The notes under the pieces: generated by a model
Database searches by the model: none
What the model was told of the DNA's origin: nothing
Seen by the model: only the letters and a program-made list of their open reading frames with translations
From: Tubiluchus corallicola
Lineage: Eukaryota; Animalia; Priapulida
Length of the DNA stretch: 64,000 nucleotides
Reading direction: 5' to 3'
Assembly (NCBI GenBank): GCA_030141605.1
Contig: JAQGDQ010000274.1
Span: 244,677-308,676 of the forward strand
Shown: positions 25,650 to 38,760 of the stretch, piece by piece
Position numbering within the stretch: position 1 is the first letter of the stretch
Layout: each line of letters begins with the position of its first letter
Made by a program: the position numbers and the translations under genes

Positions 25650-25885
25650 ATAATGATGATATTAATGATGATGGTGATGATGATGATGATGTTGTTGGTG
25701 ATGATTATGATGATGATGTTGTTGGTGATGGTGATGATAATGATGATGTTGTTGTTGTTGCTGTTGTTGTTGTTGATGATGATGATGATGATTGATGATT
25801 ATGATGATGATGACGATGATGATGTTGTTGTTGGTGATGGTGATGGTGATGGTGATGATAATGATGTTGTTGTTGTTGTTGTTGT

Positions 25886-25935
<50 letters not shown>
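25650..25935. repeat. (GAT)n/(GTT)n microsatellite
   Basis: Simple trinucleotide repeat. Confidence 0.95.
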
Positions 25936-25936
<1 letters not shown>

Positions 25937-26165
25937 GGATTAACAAATAATATTAACTTGTCGCCAACTGTAAATAACAATTCTAACTACATAACATAAT
26001 AGAGATTGTGGCAAATGTTTACAATTCGCCACACACAAGAAATTAGTTCAAAAATCAGATGAGGGTTAAGATTTGCTTAGCGTTAGGATTAGCGTTAGGG
26101 TGAGGAATTGTAAACTCCTCCCGGGATTATTATTATTATTATCCCGGGAAGTTTCGCCAAATTCT

Positions 26166-26400
26166 TTAAACAGCGTCACGAATAACGTTATATAACCGTA
26201 ACTGTAACGTTAACTGTAACTTATAAAATAATGTGCCCTTTTTGAGGTCTGCAAACCCCTGTATTACATTTTCAATATCAATTTCGTCTTTGTTCAGGTA
26301 CATGTGGGCAAGGCTGGCAGTACGGTACAGTACGGTGCGAAAAAATACCGTAATTCGTACCTCGGAAAAATACCGTACCGTAATTCCGTACCGCGAATCG
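26166..26400 (-). mobile_element. hAT-like transposon remnant (C-terminal dimerisation-domain fragment next to a TACGGTAC/GTACCGTA inverted repeat)
   Basis: ASLAHMYLNKDEIDIENVIQGFADLKK resembles hAT transposase C-termini. Confidence 0.4.
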
Positions 26401-27188
26401 AAACTTTTCACACAAAGTTAACTATAGCATTACGTTTAGTTGTTTGAAAAACTTGCCTAATTGGAAAAGAAAATTCCAGATATTTTACATGTTTATACAG
26501 TGATACTGCGAATGAAAGCTCTGTATGCGATAAGACAGTATTTAGATGATACAAAATTACGCCAGAATGACATCAGGAACAGTTTTTAAAGTCTTTGTTG
26601 TAACCCTGCCGCGGTGTCGAATCCTTAACCTCCCAGACGGGAAATTTTTTGTTGTTTAGTGGCACAGTTTATAGGCTAGTAAATTAGATAGGATAAACGT
26701 TTTTGCTTACAAACAAAACGGTACCTAACACGCTTGTTTCTACGTATATTATAGAACACAAAAACTCATAAAAGCATTGCACGAAAAACAGGTGCTGTAC
26801 CTTTCAGTTCAGATGTGTTAATTTGTGACAAACTACACGGTTTGACAGCTCACGCGTGAGCACAGTGGTAAATTTAAATTTTTATCTTAAAACTTGTCTA
26901 GTTTTAGTACAATACACTGAATATCTCACAGTAGCAGTGTACTTCAATTTTCGCTTTCACAAACGCGTGCAACACGCTCGTGGAATATTTTTGCTGTTGA
27001 AAATTATGTTCGTTTGTGACGTGACCAATAGTTGGGCTCGCCCGCCATTAATCAAAATTTTAATCTATTATTTAATCATCAGAAACGTCTTTCCACTATA
27101 AATTGTGTTAAAACGTTTTACTGTACTTGAAAATGGGGTAGTATAAGAAAAATCATCGTGTCTTCCTTTACACGATTTTTCTTTGCAG

Positions 27189-27350
27189 ATGGAGTGCCTC
27201 TTCCATCGAATCACAGGCATCATGTTCTCAGCGATGGTGAACTGATCATTGAAGATGTTCGAAAGGACACCGACAACGGATATTACGCATGCGTGGCTAA
27301 AAGTCCATCAGGACAAGGAACACGCCGTGGCTTATTCATTGACGTTAAAG
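27189..27350 (+). CDS. Dscam: Dscam exon, Ig6 C-half
   Basis: GVPLPSNHRHHVLSDGELIIEDV...DNGYYACVA...IDVK. Confidence 0.92.
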
Positions 27351-28659
27351 GTAAAGTGAAATTGCAAATGGAGACCCATGTTTTGCAAAGTTTAGAGAAA
27401 TTTTTATAGTAGGCGAAGGAGAAGTCACTCAGTATGTTGGGTTTATTTTGCTGTTATTACTTAAACTGTTTGTGGTGTGCTAAAGGAAAGAACAGGTCAC
27501 TCAGTATGTTGGGTTTATTTTACTGTTATCACTTAAACTTAGAAAAGTATAACAAACAAATTTGCAAAGAACTGCTTATAAAGCATAAATTTAAAATAAA
27601 CTACCTCTGAATAGAAATTTTCAGGCGTGGTGATCTTCGCCATTCACTTGAAAATTATGACGTAACTGGGAGACCTCGTGACTTCTCGTAAGCGCGTCGT
27701 GGCTTTCCGTAAGCGCGCGCTGCTTAAACTAATTCAAACTTCTGCAGCTTACCTAATGTTCACGCAGAAATATTACGAAATTAGCTATCCATTTTTTTTG
27801 TAAAAACTTATTGTACTTTTGACGAAGATTGACAGTGCGCTACTTTTCTTCAACACGAATGAGGTCATTGGTGGAAGAATGGGCGCTGAAAATGACAGCG
27901 ACCAAGCATGAAGTGCTCGCGACTTTAAAGTGATTTTACGAATTACACGAGGCGCTTATTGCAGTTTTATTACTAAATCTTTTTAACGTTCTTCACGAAC
28001 ATTGACATAAGTCCAAGTTTCCAGATGGCTTCAACGTTCCCTTAGTGTTTTGAGGTCCATACGAACCAACCTACAAGCAAGATGTTCATATCGTCTGCTC
28101 AGTTTGAAATCAGAATTTGCTAAACAATAAAAACAAACTATCTTGACAATAGATAATAGAGATATCTTGACAACAGATAATAGAGATATCTTGACAACAG
28201 ATAATAGAGATATCTTGACAATAGAGCAAACCAGTAGACTCACGGTACTTACTAAGTATTCGAAACTAAACCTATAGCTGAAGAAGAGAATTAGACTGCG
28301 AAGCCTTTCCGGGAAACCCCCATGAAGCCAGGTAAACATTCCGATTGCAAATGTTCAACACCACGCTCTCTAACTTTACAAGTTTGCTTACTTACACGCT
28401 TACGATAGATCATCGTTAACTCGATGAAGCCAGTTCCTTCATGGGTGGCTGACTCGGTGGACGATGAAATATTTCCTGGAGGCCCAAAATTTGGGACATC
28501 TGTCACAGGTGAAGACGTTGCCATAGTTGGGCGGTGCCTGTCTTCTCTTCCTCTACTTGATCCTCTCAGTCCCTCATTATTTCAAAATGTTTGTTAGTTT
28601 ATTTTTTATTTTTTGCTGTTATAATTGGTTAACTTTCTTAAAGAGAATCGGACGATTGA

Positions 28660-29045
28660 ATTATCTCTGTCCAAAATATACATTTTCTTGCCTTTAAAAG
28701 TTAGCAATTGTTTCTTATATTTGAATAATTACCTTAGAAAGTTAACTAGCGGGAACTGAACACAGCTATCGCTTACTAACTAACACACAGTTAGTCAGTA
28801 ACACACAACGTCACAAACTAACCACAGTTTGTGTAATGGTAGGCATCGTCCCTGCGCGTCAAGCACGTTTGTGTAAGCGAAGATTGTTATAAAACGCTGA
28901 CATGATGTCACGAAAATGAGCTTTACGTCACACTGGCCTCACAGACGAACACTGCAGTTCATCGTCATGCTTATCACGGTACCACGCCTATTTGTCAGCC
29001 ACGGGAATGTGACAAGAAGGCGCCATGGCCACTCTTAGTGGATTC
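28660..29045 (+). mobile_element. Dispersed repeat family G (second copy ~50555-50890)
   Basis: Shared aaaagttagcaattgttt...gcgcgtcaagcacgtttg...cacggtacc...ggcgcc blocks. Confidence 0.65.
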
Positions 29046-29221
29046 GCAGAGCCGCGTGGAGCTTTGAAAGTTTAACAAAATCCAACTATACGAGATAATT
29101 TTTATTTAATCTTAGCTTCGATTTGAAAAAGCTGTTGTAGGTTTTTTCCATATTTTAGAGCATACTGTATTTTGAATTCTACACAATCGTCAATGTTAAC
29201 GCAATTGTTTATCATTCACAG

Positions 29222-29324
29222 TTCCTCCTAGAATCAATGCATTCGAGTTTCCGAGACTACTGGAAGGATTACGAGCTATGGTGATGTGTGGCATTAGTAA
29301 GGGCGACCAGCCAATCACAATAAA
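29222..29324 (+). CDS. Dscam: Dscam exon, Ig7 N-half
   Basis: VPPRINAFEFPRLLEGLRAMVMCGISKGDQPITIK; phase-2 gtaagt donor. Not in the ORF track. Confidence 0.92.
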
Positions 29325-29664
29325 GTAAGTGACTTTATGTATCTAAATAGTAAATTTGGAAAGTGCACATAAGTGTATTTAGTTCCCAAGTGAACAAACT
29401 CACTTCAGTTACTAAGTCATACTACAAGAGATTATAATGTAATTTCCTATAACGCTGCCATTTTTGTTTATTAAACTAATAATGATCTATTCCCTAAATA
29501 CTTCAAGAATGGTCTGAGTAAGAATGTTAAATCACATCATACTAGACGTAAGGATTACCAACTCAGTTAGTAAAGAGGCAATATTGCAAAACATTTCATA
29601 TAGTGGACCTATAATGTCACTCATTACGATCCGATGTAACATTATGTATTTAACAGATCCATAT

Positions 29665-30060
29665 CGGTAATCAACAAGCAAACCAGTAGAAAAGATACAG
29701 TATATTAGGCAAGACTTCTGTTAAATACCTAATTAGTGCAAAATTTATTGCGTCAATTTCTTTTCTACTAGTTTGCTTATTTTTTTCATATTTGGCTTTT
29801 TGTAAATACCTAATTACTGCAAAATTTACTGTGTCAATTTCTTTTCTACAGGCTTGCTCAATCATTACCTACTTGGCATTTTGTTCAATACGTAATTAAT
29901 GCATAATGTTCTATACTGTAGGCTCTGCGTATATAAACTGGTTGTATGTTTGTAAAAATTTACCACTGATGATGACAACAGTAGCTCTGTCGAAACGCTT
30001 GACAAGTTTTTTTCACTATGTAAATTAATATTTTAAATAAAGTTGTGGTGTTTTAACTAT
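29665..30060 (+). mobile_element. Penelope-like dispersed repeat with hammerhead-like core (copy 2)
   Basis: CTGATGATGAC...GTCGAAACG at 29966-29997. Confidence 0.55.
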
Positions 30061-30373
30061 TCATGACTATGCCCATATCATTAAGAACAAGAACCAGAAA
30101 TGAATCCTGTTAGGTGCTTGCGTCAGTGTAAGCACGTTCAAATAATTGAAATGAACAAAAAACGAGGGTCCAAATGCCGTTTTAAAGGAAAAAGCCCTGC
30201 AAACGCAATTTTTTAACTTTGTAATAAGTGCCTGTAATAATTAATATAGTCATTAATATTAACTGTACATTTTTCCATTGTTTTCCATAAATTACAATTA
30301 AAATTGCATTTATAAGTGTTACTTAATTACTTAGATAGTATACAGTGAGTGCATGAATCAATTTCGTTTTTAG

Positions 30374-30549
30374 GTGGCAAAAAGACGGGAAACCGATAGA
30401 TCGCAATCTAGATGTTACGGTAACCGTAAATCCTTACCTATCAACGTTGTTAATTGCAAAGGTAACACCGACACATAATGGCAACTATACCTGCATTGCA
30501 AGTAATCCTGCAGGTACCTCCAGATACACTGCAGAACTTCTTGTAGACG
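30374..30549 (+). CDS. Dscam: Dscam exon, Ig7 C-half
   Basis: WQKDGKPI...STLLIAKVTPTHNGNYTCIASNPAG...LLVD. Confidence 0.92.
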
Positions 30550-30784
30550 GTAAGTAAACATTCACCTGTGAGGTAAGACAAAGTGATGCACTGTGCCAAC
30601 AATGTATGACAGTAAAGAGACACGCATAAATAATACTAATTGTGTCGATAATTGCCGTAATTTAGACAGCATTAAAGACAGAATCTACAGCTATCTACAC
30701 TGCAGTAGAAGCAACAATGATAGTTGCTATGTATTTACAAGGAGTATGGCGCAGAAGTTGTAAAAACGTTTTCATGGATGTTAA

Positions 30785-31386
30785 AGGAAAACCTGTCCTA
30801 ATCTTAAACTATATGTCAATTCTGTTCCTTAAAATATTGAAGGAAAACATACTATTTTTTTCAAAAATGACTTACCGGGAGGGAATTATTACCACACAAA
30901 CACAATTTGGCATTCGTGTCACTAGTTCTTCATTGTTATCTGCATTTCGCCATTCGCTAGTTGGACAGGTACTAGCGCCTGTACTTTGAAGACGCATTGC
31001 ATAAAAAACAGGCGCTGTACTTCTCAGTTCCGAGGTGTCGTACTGCACGGTACATGACGTACATGCGGGAGCACAGTAGTAAATTTGAATTTTTATCTGA
31101 AAGCTTGTCGAGTTTTAGCACAACACACTGAATCGCTTACACTGGTACTCTAGTTCACTTTTTGCTTTCGAAAAACGTGCAACACGCTCGTGGAATAACT
31201 TGTGCTGTTGAAAATTGTATTCGTTTGTGACGTCATCAATATTTAGGCCATTCCGCCGTTAATTACGATTTTAATCTACTATTAAATTATCAGAAATGCT
31301 TTTCCAGTATTATTAGTGTTAAAATGTATAGTTTTTACCGTACTTGAAGATGGGGTAGTATGTGAAAAATCATCATGTCTTCCTTC
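30785..31386 (+). mobile_element. Kolobok-like non-autonomous element, family C
   Basis: TTAA|aggaaaac...gtcttcct|TCAA termini. Related copies at ~12910-13275 and ~26780-27170. Confidence 0.55.
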
Positions 31387-31558
31387 AATAGAATTTTTAC
31401 ACAGCATCAAGAACATCGCGAAAAACAGCTGCATCAGTACCAATAATGAAGTAATAACAGCAGCGTTAATGACAACAATGTCGTCACCATTAATATCGTA
31501 AGATTTAAACGACAAGAAGCAGCACCAGCTCAATTTTTTTGATTATTTCTGATTTTAG

Positions 31559-31684
31559 TTCCACCATCTTGGATAATTGAACCTCAAGACACGGACGTGA
31601 CGTTGGGTGATAAAGCCGTGATGAACTGCCAGACCATAGGAACACCAGAACCAAAAGTAACTTGGCGAAAAAGGCTTAGGCAAA
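31559..31684 (+). CDS. Dscam: Dscam exon, Ig8 N-half
   Basis: VPPSWIIEPQDTDVTLGDKAVMNCQTIGTPEPKVTWRK. Confidence 0.9.
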
Positions 31685-31849
31685 GTACGTGTAACTTGTT
31701 ACTTTTGCGAATTACTTTTCCAAATCGTGTAAAGTTAGCTTTTCTTTAATTACACATAAAGAGGAAAGTTTGTCAATAAAATCTTCTTGAAATGTCGATG
31801 AATATCGTGTTCACTTCATCCTATTGCTAACTTTTGACAACTCGCACAG

Positions 31850-33320
31850 GGTTGTGTACACTGTACAGTAGTGTATGTCGTTTTGTACACTGTACAGTAG
31901 TGTTTGTCGTTTCGTACACTGTACAGTAGTGTTTGTCGTTTTGTACACTGTTCAGTAGTGTTTGTCGTTTTGCATACTGTACAGTAGTGTTTGTCGTTTT
32001 GCATACTGTACAGTAGTGTTTGTCGTTTTGTACACTGTACAGTAGTGTTTGTCGTTTTGTACACTGTACAGTAGTGTTTGTCGTTTTGCATACTGTACAG
32101 TAGTGTTTGTCGTTTTGCATACTGTACGGCAGTGTTTGTCGTTTTGCATACTGTACAGTAGTGTTTGTCGTTTTACGTACTGTACAGTAGTGTTCGTCGT
32201 TTTGTACACTTTACACTAGTCTTTGCCGTTTTGTACACTGTACAGTAATGTTTGGCGTTTTGTACACTGTACAGTAGTGTTTTCCGTTTTGTACACTGTA
32301 CACTAGTGTTTGTCGTTTTGTACACTGTAGAGCAGTGTTTGTCGTTTTGTACACTGTAGAGTAGTATTTGTCGTTTTGTACACTGTATAGCAATGTTTGT
32401 CATTTTGTACACTGTACAGTAGTGTTTTCCGTTTTGTACACTGTACAGTAGTGTTTGTCGTTTTATACACTGTAGAGTAGTGTTTGTCGTTTTGTACACT
32501 GTACAGTAGTGTTTGTAGTTTTGTACACTGTACAGTAGTGTTTGTAGTTTTGTACACTGTACAGCAGTGTTTGTCGTTTTATACACTGTAGAGTAGTGTT
32601 TGTCGTTTTGTACACTGTAGAGTAGTATTTGTCGTTTTGTACACTGTACAGCAATGTTTGTCGTTTTGTACACTGTACAGTAGTGTTTGTCGTTTTGTAC
32701 ACTGTAGAGTAGTATTTGTCGTTTTGTACACTGTAGAGTAGTATTTGTCGCTTTGTACACTGTACAGAAATGTTTGTCGTTTTCCACACTGTACAGCAGT
32801 GTTTGTCGTTTTGTACACTGTACAGCAGTGTTTGTGGTTTTGTACACTGTAGAGTAGTATTTGTCGTTTTGTGCACTGTAGAGTAGTGTTTGTCGTTTTG
32901 TACACTGTACAGTAGTGTTTGTCGTTTTCTACACTGTAGAGTAGTATTTGTCGTTTTGTACACTGTACAGCAATGTTTGTCGTTTTGTACACTGTACAGT
33001 AGTGTTTGTCGTTTTGTACACTGTACAGTAGTGTTTGTCGTTTTGTACACTGTACAGCAGTGTTTGTCGTTTTGTACACTGTACAGTAGTGTTTGTCGTT
33101 TTGTACACTGTACAGTAGTGTTTGTCGTTTTGTGCACTGTAGAGTAGTATTTGTCGTTTTGTACACTGTACAGCAATGTTTGTCGTTTTGTACACTGTAC
33201 AGTAGTGTTTGTCGTTTTGCATACACTGTACAGTAGTGTTTGTCGTTTTGTACACTGTACAGCAGTGTTTGTCGTTTTCTACACTGGACAGTAGTGTTTG
33301 TCGTTTTGTACACTGTATAG
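31850..33320. repeat. 29-bp minisatellite (ctgtacagtagtgtttgtcgttttgtaca), ~50 copies
   Basis: Tandem array filling the intron inside Ig8. It accounts for the repetitive minus-strand ORFs. Confidence 0.95.
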
Positions 33321-33402
33321 TAGAAATTGGCCTACAGCAACTGCGCGTGCGCACAACGAAACTATAAAAAGGCTTATTACTCCTCTAATAACGCAATTTC
33401 AG

Positions 33403-33567
33403 ACGCAGAAGACTACACAGAGCTGGGCATGCATCGGGTCAACCAGTTTAGTAATGGTACACTAGTAATCAGTAGCACTATAACATCCGATCATGGTGAC
33501 TATTTGTGCCAAGCTAGTAATGGAGTCGGTTCTCAGCTCAGCAAACTCGTGCAACTAACAATACACG
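33403..33567 (+). CDS. Dscam: Dscam exon, Ig8 C-half
   Basis: FSNGTLVISS...DHGDYLCQASNGVGSQLSKLVQLTIH. Confidence 0.93.
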
Positions 33568-33970
33568 GTAAGTGTGCACGTTAGCAAACTCGTACAACTA
33601 ACGATACATGGTAAGTGTGCACGTTAGCAAACTCGTACAAGTAACAATACATGGTAACTGTGCACGTTAGCAAACTCGTACAAGTAACAATGCATGGTAA
33701 GTGTTCTCGTTAGCAAACTCGTACAACTAACAATACATGGTAAGTGTGCACGTTAGCAAACTCGTGCAACTAACAATACACGGTAAGTGTGCACGTTAGC
33801 AAACTCGTAGAACTAACGATACATGGTAAGTGTGCACGTTAGCAAACTCGTACAAGTAACAATACATGGTAACTGTGCACGTTAGCAAACTCGTACAAGT
33901 AACAATGCATGGTAAGTGTTCACGTTAGCAAACTCGTACAACTAACAATGCATGGTAAGTGTTCACATTA
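33541..33970 (+). repeat. 43-bp tandem repeat x10 made of the Ig8 exon end plus its splice donor
   Basis: Unit gcaaactcgtgcaactaacaatacacg|gtaagtgtgcacgtta. Confidence 0.95.
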
Positions 33971-34463
33971 ACTAAAAAACTATCAGTTCGGTTAGACATA
34001 ATTATGCAAATTAATGTTAAACTGCACGCATGGGAGGGATATTCTCTTTGTATCTCTGCCATCTTGTTTATGAAAGGAATACTTGGGTACTAAAAACTTT
34101 TAAATGCAGATACGAAACAACTGCAGGTTTCAAATGCTGATAGAAACTTATTAAACTACAAACAAGATAATTTTTTTGTCTCATTATTTGTGAATTAAAA
34201 TTGTAATTATTTAGTTGATTATTAGCTTATTAGAGATTATAATATTCGATAGCATCATTGTATAATGTATGTGTGTATATATATATATATAAATATGCCT
34301 CTATATGTAGAGTCTGATGGCTGGTGATGTAGAGTCGACCTCTAGAAAATATCACAGAAGTTTTACAGAATTTAATACTCAAAGATGCCAGCGGTTATTC
34401 AGTAGTACTTTACTATTTATTATTTTATCATGGACTTTGTTAAATGATTTGTATTCGTTGCAG

Positions 34464-34611
34464 TGCCAGCCTCATTCAAAAAAGATGCTATGGAGTTGTC
34501 AATAAGAAAGGGCCAAGCAGTGAACCTTGTCTGCACAGCCACTGGTGACCTTCCTATGGGAATAGTGTGGATTGTAGGGCAAACGCGTCTAGAGAAGATT
34601 CCTAGCAACAG
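34464..34611 (+). CDS. Dscam: Dscam exon, Ig9 N-half
   Basis: VPASFKKDAMELSIRKGQAVNLVCTATGDLPMGIVW. Confidence 0.92.
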
Positions 34612-35672
34612 GTATGTGTTCATATTTATAGAGATTTAGGGATTTTTTGGCATACAGAAAACATAACAACACAGCATAACAAACATAATGGGTGAGATGC
34701 ATAGATGGCCATAACAACAACAGAACAATACAAATTAATGTATTAAACTAAACGACTACAAAATTTAATATAGATTCTAATGACATAACTGTTTAATCTA
34801 AACCTAACTATAAGCGATTGCTGTTGTTGATAGATAATAGGCGTTTCTTAAGGTAGTAAATAATTGTAAATACATTATTTTGTTTAAAGAGACACGGACT
34901 AAGCAATATACGTACTTTAATTTATATTTATAGTGTTAAGCAGTCGAATACAAATTTACAAACAAAAGCTACATCTTCAGTATCATTAGTTCCTAAAAGA
35001 AAATTAAATTTGTTTTCGTTTGACATATTATAAAAATAACAGAGAAAGACAGACCGTAGGCGGTTATGCTTTGTGTGTCGTAGTAACAAGTGTGCTTCTT
35101 CTTCTGTTCCATCTAAATTGCAATATTGGCGAAATTGTTGTTGAACTGATAGCTTATGTGGTTTGTGCCGTCTTCTTGTTCTATAGCTAGTGTGTATTAA
35201 CAGATGCGTGATCAGTGAATGCAGTTTTGTGTTGTGGGGGTATTGAATTGAGTAGTAGTAATTCTCAAGTGTATATCTATTTTTACATTTACTGAAGGTT
35301 CTTAATTTATTGCCTTCCCCTATTATTGTTAGTATTATTAGTTTATATGTACGTAGATGTAGATGCAGATAAGTGAAAAAATTGTAAATTTTAATATTCC
35401 TAACTATGATATTATTACACGAAAGATGACAGGATCCTTTACATATGGGCTGGCAGAACTAGCTAATGATATAATAGATAAATTGTATGTTTACTCTGCA
35501 TACAAAATACAGTTATATGGATGAACTGATGAAAACTATGTTTTGCTCTATGAAATCAACATCTTTTACCATTTGAAAAGTGACTTTTATTGGGTTTTAT
35601 GTATCTGTGTATGGTATTTTTAGTGACTTGTCTTGTGTATTTATATTTTGCATATAAACAGTGTACATATAA

Positions 35673-35752
<80 letters not shown>

Positions 35753-36317
35753 TGTTTATATACATATATATAATGTGTATGTATGTATATATGTAAATAT
35801 TTTACTAGTTTCTATCGTAATTTTATACTATAACTGAGTGTTCTTTAAATTTTTTATATAATTCTATGTACTTCTAAATGTATGAAATAAATTTAAAATA
35901 ATAAAAAAATGTCCGCACTACACCTAATTTAACTTTCGCGAAGAGAATAGTTTTTATGATTGTACGGTATACTATAGCGTACAGAAGAGAGACGCATTCA
36001 AAAAGATATAGCTTTATGCTACCAAATAATTCATAGAGAAGTTGATGTTGATTTTGCAAATTTTTTACCCGAGTATCTTGCAATAGAACAAGGCAAAATC
36101 ATTCTCTGGAGCTTTTCATTTGGTCAATTTTTCTTCAAATCAAGTTGTACAGATTTGGAACTCATTGCCTGCATATGTTGATGGTGCACCCCTCGTAACT
36201 GCACAAAATATTAAGTTATTGAAAAGCCGCTTATATAAGTAAATTGCATATTAAATTCCTTGTACACAATAGAAACATGTAAGCAGTTAATCTCTTTGTG
36301 TCTTTTTTGCCAACGTG

Positions 36318-36380
<63 letters not shown>

Positions 36381-36540
36381 GTAATGTAATGTAATGTAAT
36401 GTCACGTCACGTCACGTCACGTCACGTCACGCCACGCCACCACACGCCACGCCACAACACGCCACAACGCAACACAACACAACATTTTACTATTGGTATG
36501 AATAAAATAAATAAATAAAAATAAATAAAATACCCTACAG

Positions 36541-36689
36541 GTATGTGAAAACTGAAACAAACATTTCTGGAGGGATGGAATCAAAGCTTCATCTTGAAGA
36601 AGCTGTACGTGATGACACAGGTACTTACACCTGTATTGCTACAAATGCGCACGGCCATGATAGTACAATAATTCATCTCAAGGTTTTAG
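36541..36689 (+). CDS. Dscam: Dscam exon, Ig9 C-half
   Basis: SKLHLEEAVRDDTGTYTCIATNAHGHDSTIIHLKVL. Confidence 0.92.
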
Positions 36690-37458
36690 GTAAATATAGC
36701 CTACTCACTTACTTAATTATTTAATCTTTTATTTATTCTATGGTGAAAAAGCTTTTTTGTCTGTGCTCTGCATCTCTGGAATAACTTACCTGTTGCTATT
36801 CGTTATACAAATTCATTAGATTGTTTAAATTGTGCTTTTTATGATGAATTTTTTTTTTTAATTTAAACGTCTTTCAAATTTTATTTTTCTTGTGAGTTTT
36901 AAATGTATTTTATTGTTCAGCGTACTGAGATTTTAAATGTAGCGTACTATCTAAATTAGTTTTTCATTACATTACATTAAAGTATATCGTATAAAATTTT
37001 ATGCTTCTCTGGCGTCCTGGGTCTCAATAATACAAGCCACCTGAATTGGCAAAATTTTAGAACAGGCAAAAAGTCATTTAACTCAACCAGTTTTAGCGTT
37101 CACGAAATAAATGAGCGACAATATCAAAACTTAAAAATGTTACATTTTTGTCGTCCTATGCAACAAATGATGCAACTATTATTTATCGTGATTATAAGTG
37201 AACAAAAACTTGAATTCTTTTTGGTAAATGAATTTTGATTGCATGGATCCACCTTGCACACGTGTGCAGTATATCTGGATCCGCCCTCCTAATTACTTTT
37301 TAAGATTAATAAATGACGCAACTGTTATGTATCATGATTATAAGTGGACAAAATGTGGGAATTCTTTAGTTTACAGAATTTTGATTGCGTGGATCTACCT
37401 TGCACACCTGCACAACTTGTGTGGATCCGTCCTCTTATATCAGATATTAAATTTTCAG

Positions 37459-37590
37459 AACCGCCAGATCGACCTAGTAAACTGTTGGTCAATGGGTACA
37501 CAAGCAGAACCATTCAGCTGTCCTGGATGGCACCTTTTGACGGAAATAGTCCAATTGTCATGTATATAGTGGAGTATACCAATCATACAG
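37459..37590 (+). CDS. Dscam: Dscam exon, FNIII-1 N-half
   Basis: EPPDRP...SRTIQLSWMAPFDGNSPIVMYIVEY. Confidence 0.93.
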
Positions 37591-37604
37591 GTGAAATATT
37601 GTAG

Positions 37605-38310
37605 CTTTTAGCTATACAATTGATTATCAATTTACTTTTAGCAATACAATTGATTATGAGCTTACCTTTAGCAATGCAATCGATTATGAGTTTACCTTTA
37701 GCAATACAATTGATTATTATGAGTTTACCTTTAGCAATACAATTGATTATTATGAGTTTACCTTTAGCAATGCAATTGATTATGAGTTTACCTTTAGCAA
37801 TACAATTAATTATGAGCTTACCTTTAGCAATACAATTGATTATGAGTGTTTTCCTTTAGCAACACAATTGATTATGAGTTTACCTTTAGCAATACAATTG
37901 ATTATGAGTTTACCTTTAGCAATACAATTGATTATGAGTTTGCCTTTAGCAATACAATTAATTATGAGTTTACCTTTAGCAATACAATTGATTATGAGTT
38001 TACCTTTAGCAATACAATTTATCATGAGTGTTTTCCTTTAGCAACACAATTGATTATGAGTTTACCTTTAGCAATACAATTAATTATGAGTTTACCTTTA
38101 GCAATACAATTGATTATGAGTTTACCTTTAGCAATACAATTGATCATGAGTGTTGTCCTTTAGCAACACAATTGATTATGAGTTTACCGCTAGCAATACA
38201 ATTAATTATGAGTTTACCTTTAACAATACAATTGATTATGAGTTTACCTTTAGCAATACAATTGATCATGAGTGTTTACATTTAGCAATACAATTGATTA
38301 TGAGCTTACT
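37605..38310. repeat. 30-bp minisatellite (ttacctttagcaatacaattgattatgagt), ~23 copies
   Basis: Tandem array beginning ~15 bp after the FN1a donor. Confidence 0.93.
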
Positions 38311-38397
38311 GATTCTTCCGTGTTACAGTTATGCTAATCTATAAAGGACTCTTCAGCAATTCCGTTTTAAAAATTCATGTTTGTCAAAAATAAGTAT

Positions 38398-38760
38398 TTT
38401 CACAGTTCCTGCGATTGATGATGATCGTAAAAAGGTCAAAGGTTAAGTGCACCAGATAACGCATTTGTGTACACTTGACAACGCCTCGCAACCCAAGCTA
38501 TTGTAACAGTAACAGTTTTAACAGCTAGCTAGGACCTTACCTAGTTCATTTTTTTCTTGTTCCCAAGCAAGATTTTGCTAATAAATCAGTCTACGTACAG
38601 ACTAATGCATAACTAAGTAAAGTCCACGTAAAACAACTGAAGTTACTGAACTGATATTTTGCTTTACACACATGTCATGATTGTAGTTGAGATGCATTGC
38701 TGTGGTGCACTTAACCTTTGACCTAGAGCAACTGCGCGTGCGCACAACGAAACTGTAAAA
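38398..38760 (+). mobile_element. MITE family A copy
   Basis: Matches 63507-63868. Confidence 0.75.

Noticed and set aside
28031-28560. Minus-strand ORFs of 77-102 aa
   Set aside because: No recognisable domain, and they include a short tandem repeat. Probably a TE remnant.
13676-31558. Mutually exclusive Ig2/Ig3/Ig7 exon arrays as in insect Dscam1
   Set aside because: No duplicate Ig exons were recognised. The introns are accounted for by repeats and TEs.
31816-33354. Long repetitive minus-strand ORFs (YKTTNTTVQCTKRQ...)
   Set aside because: They are translations of the 29-bp minisatellite, open in all three frames.
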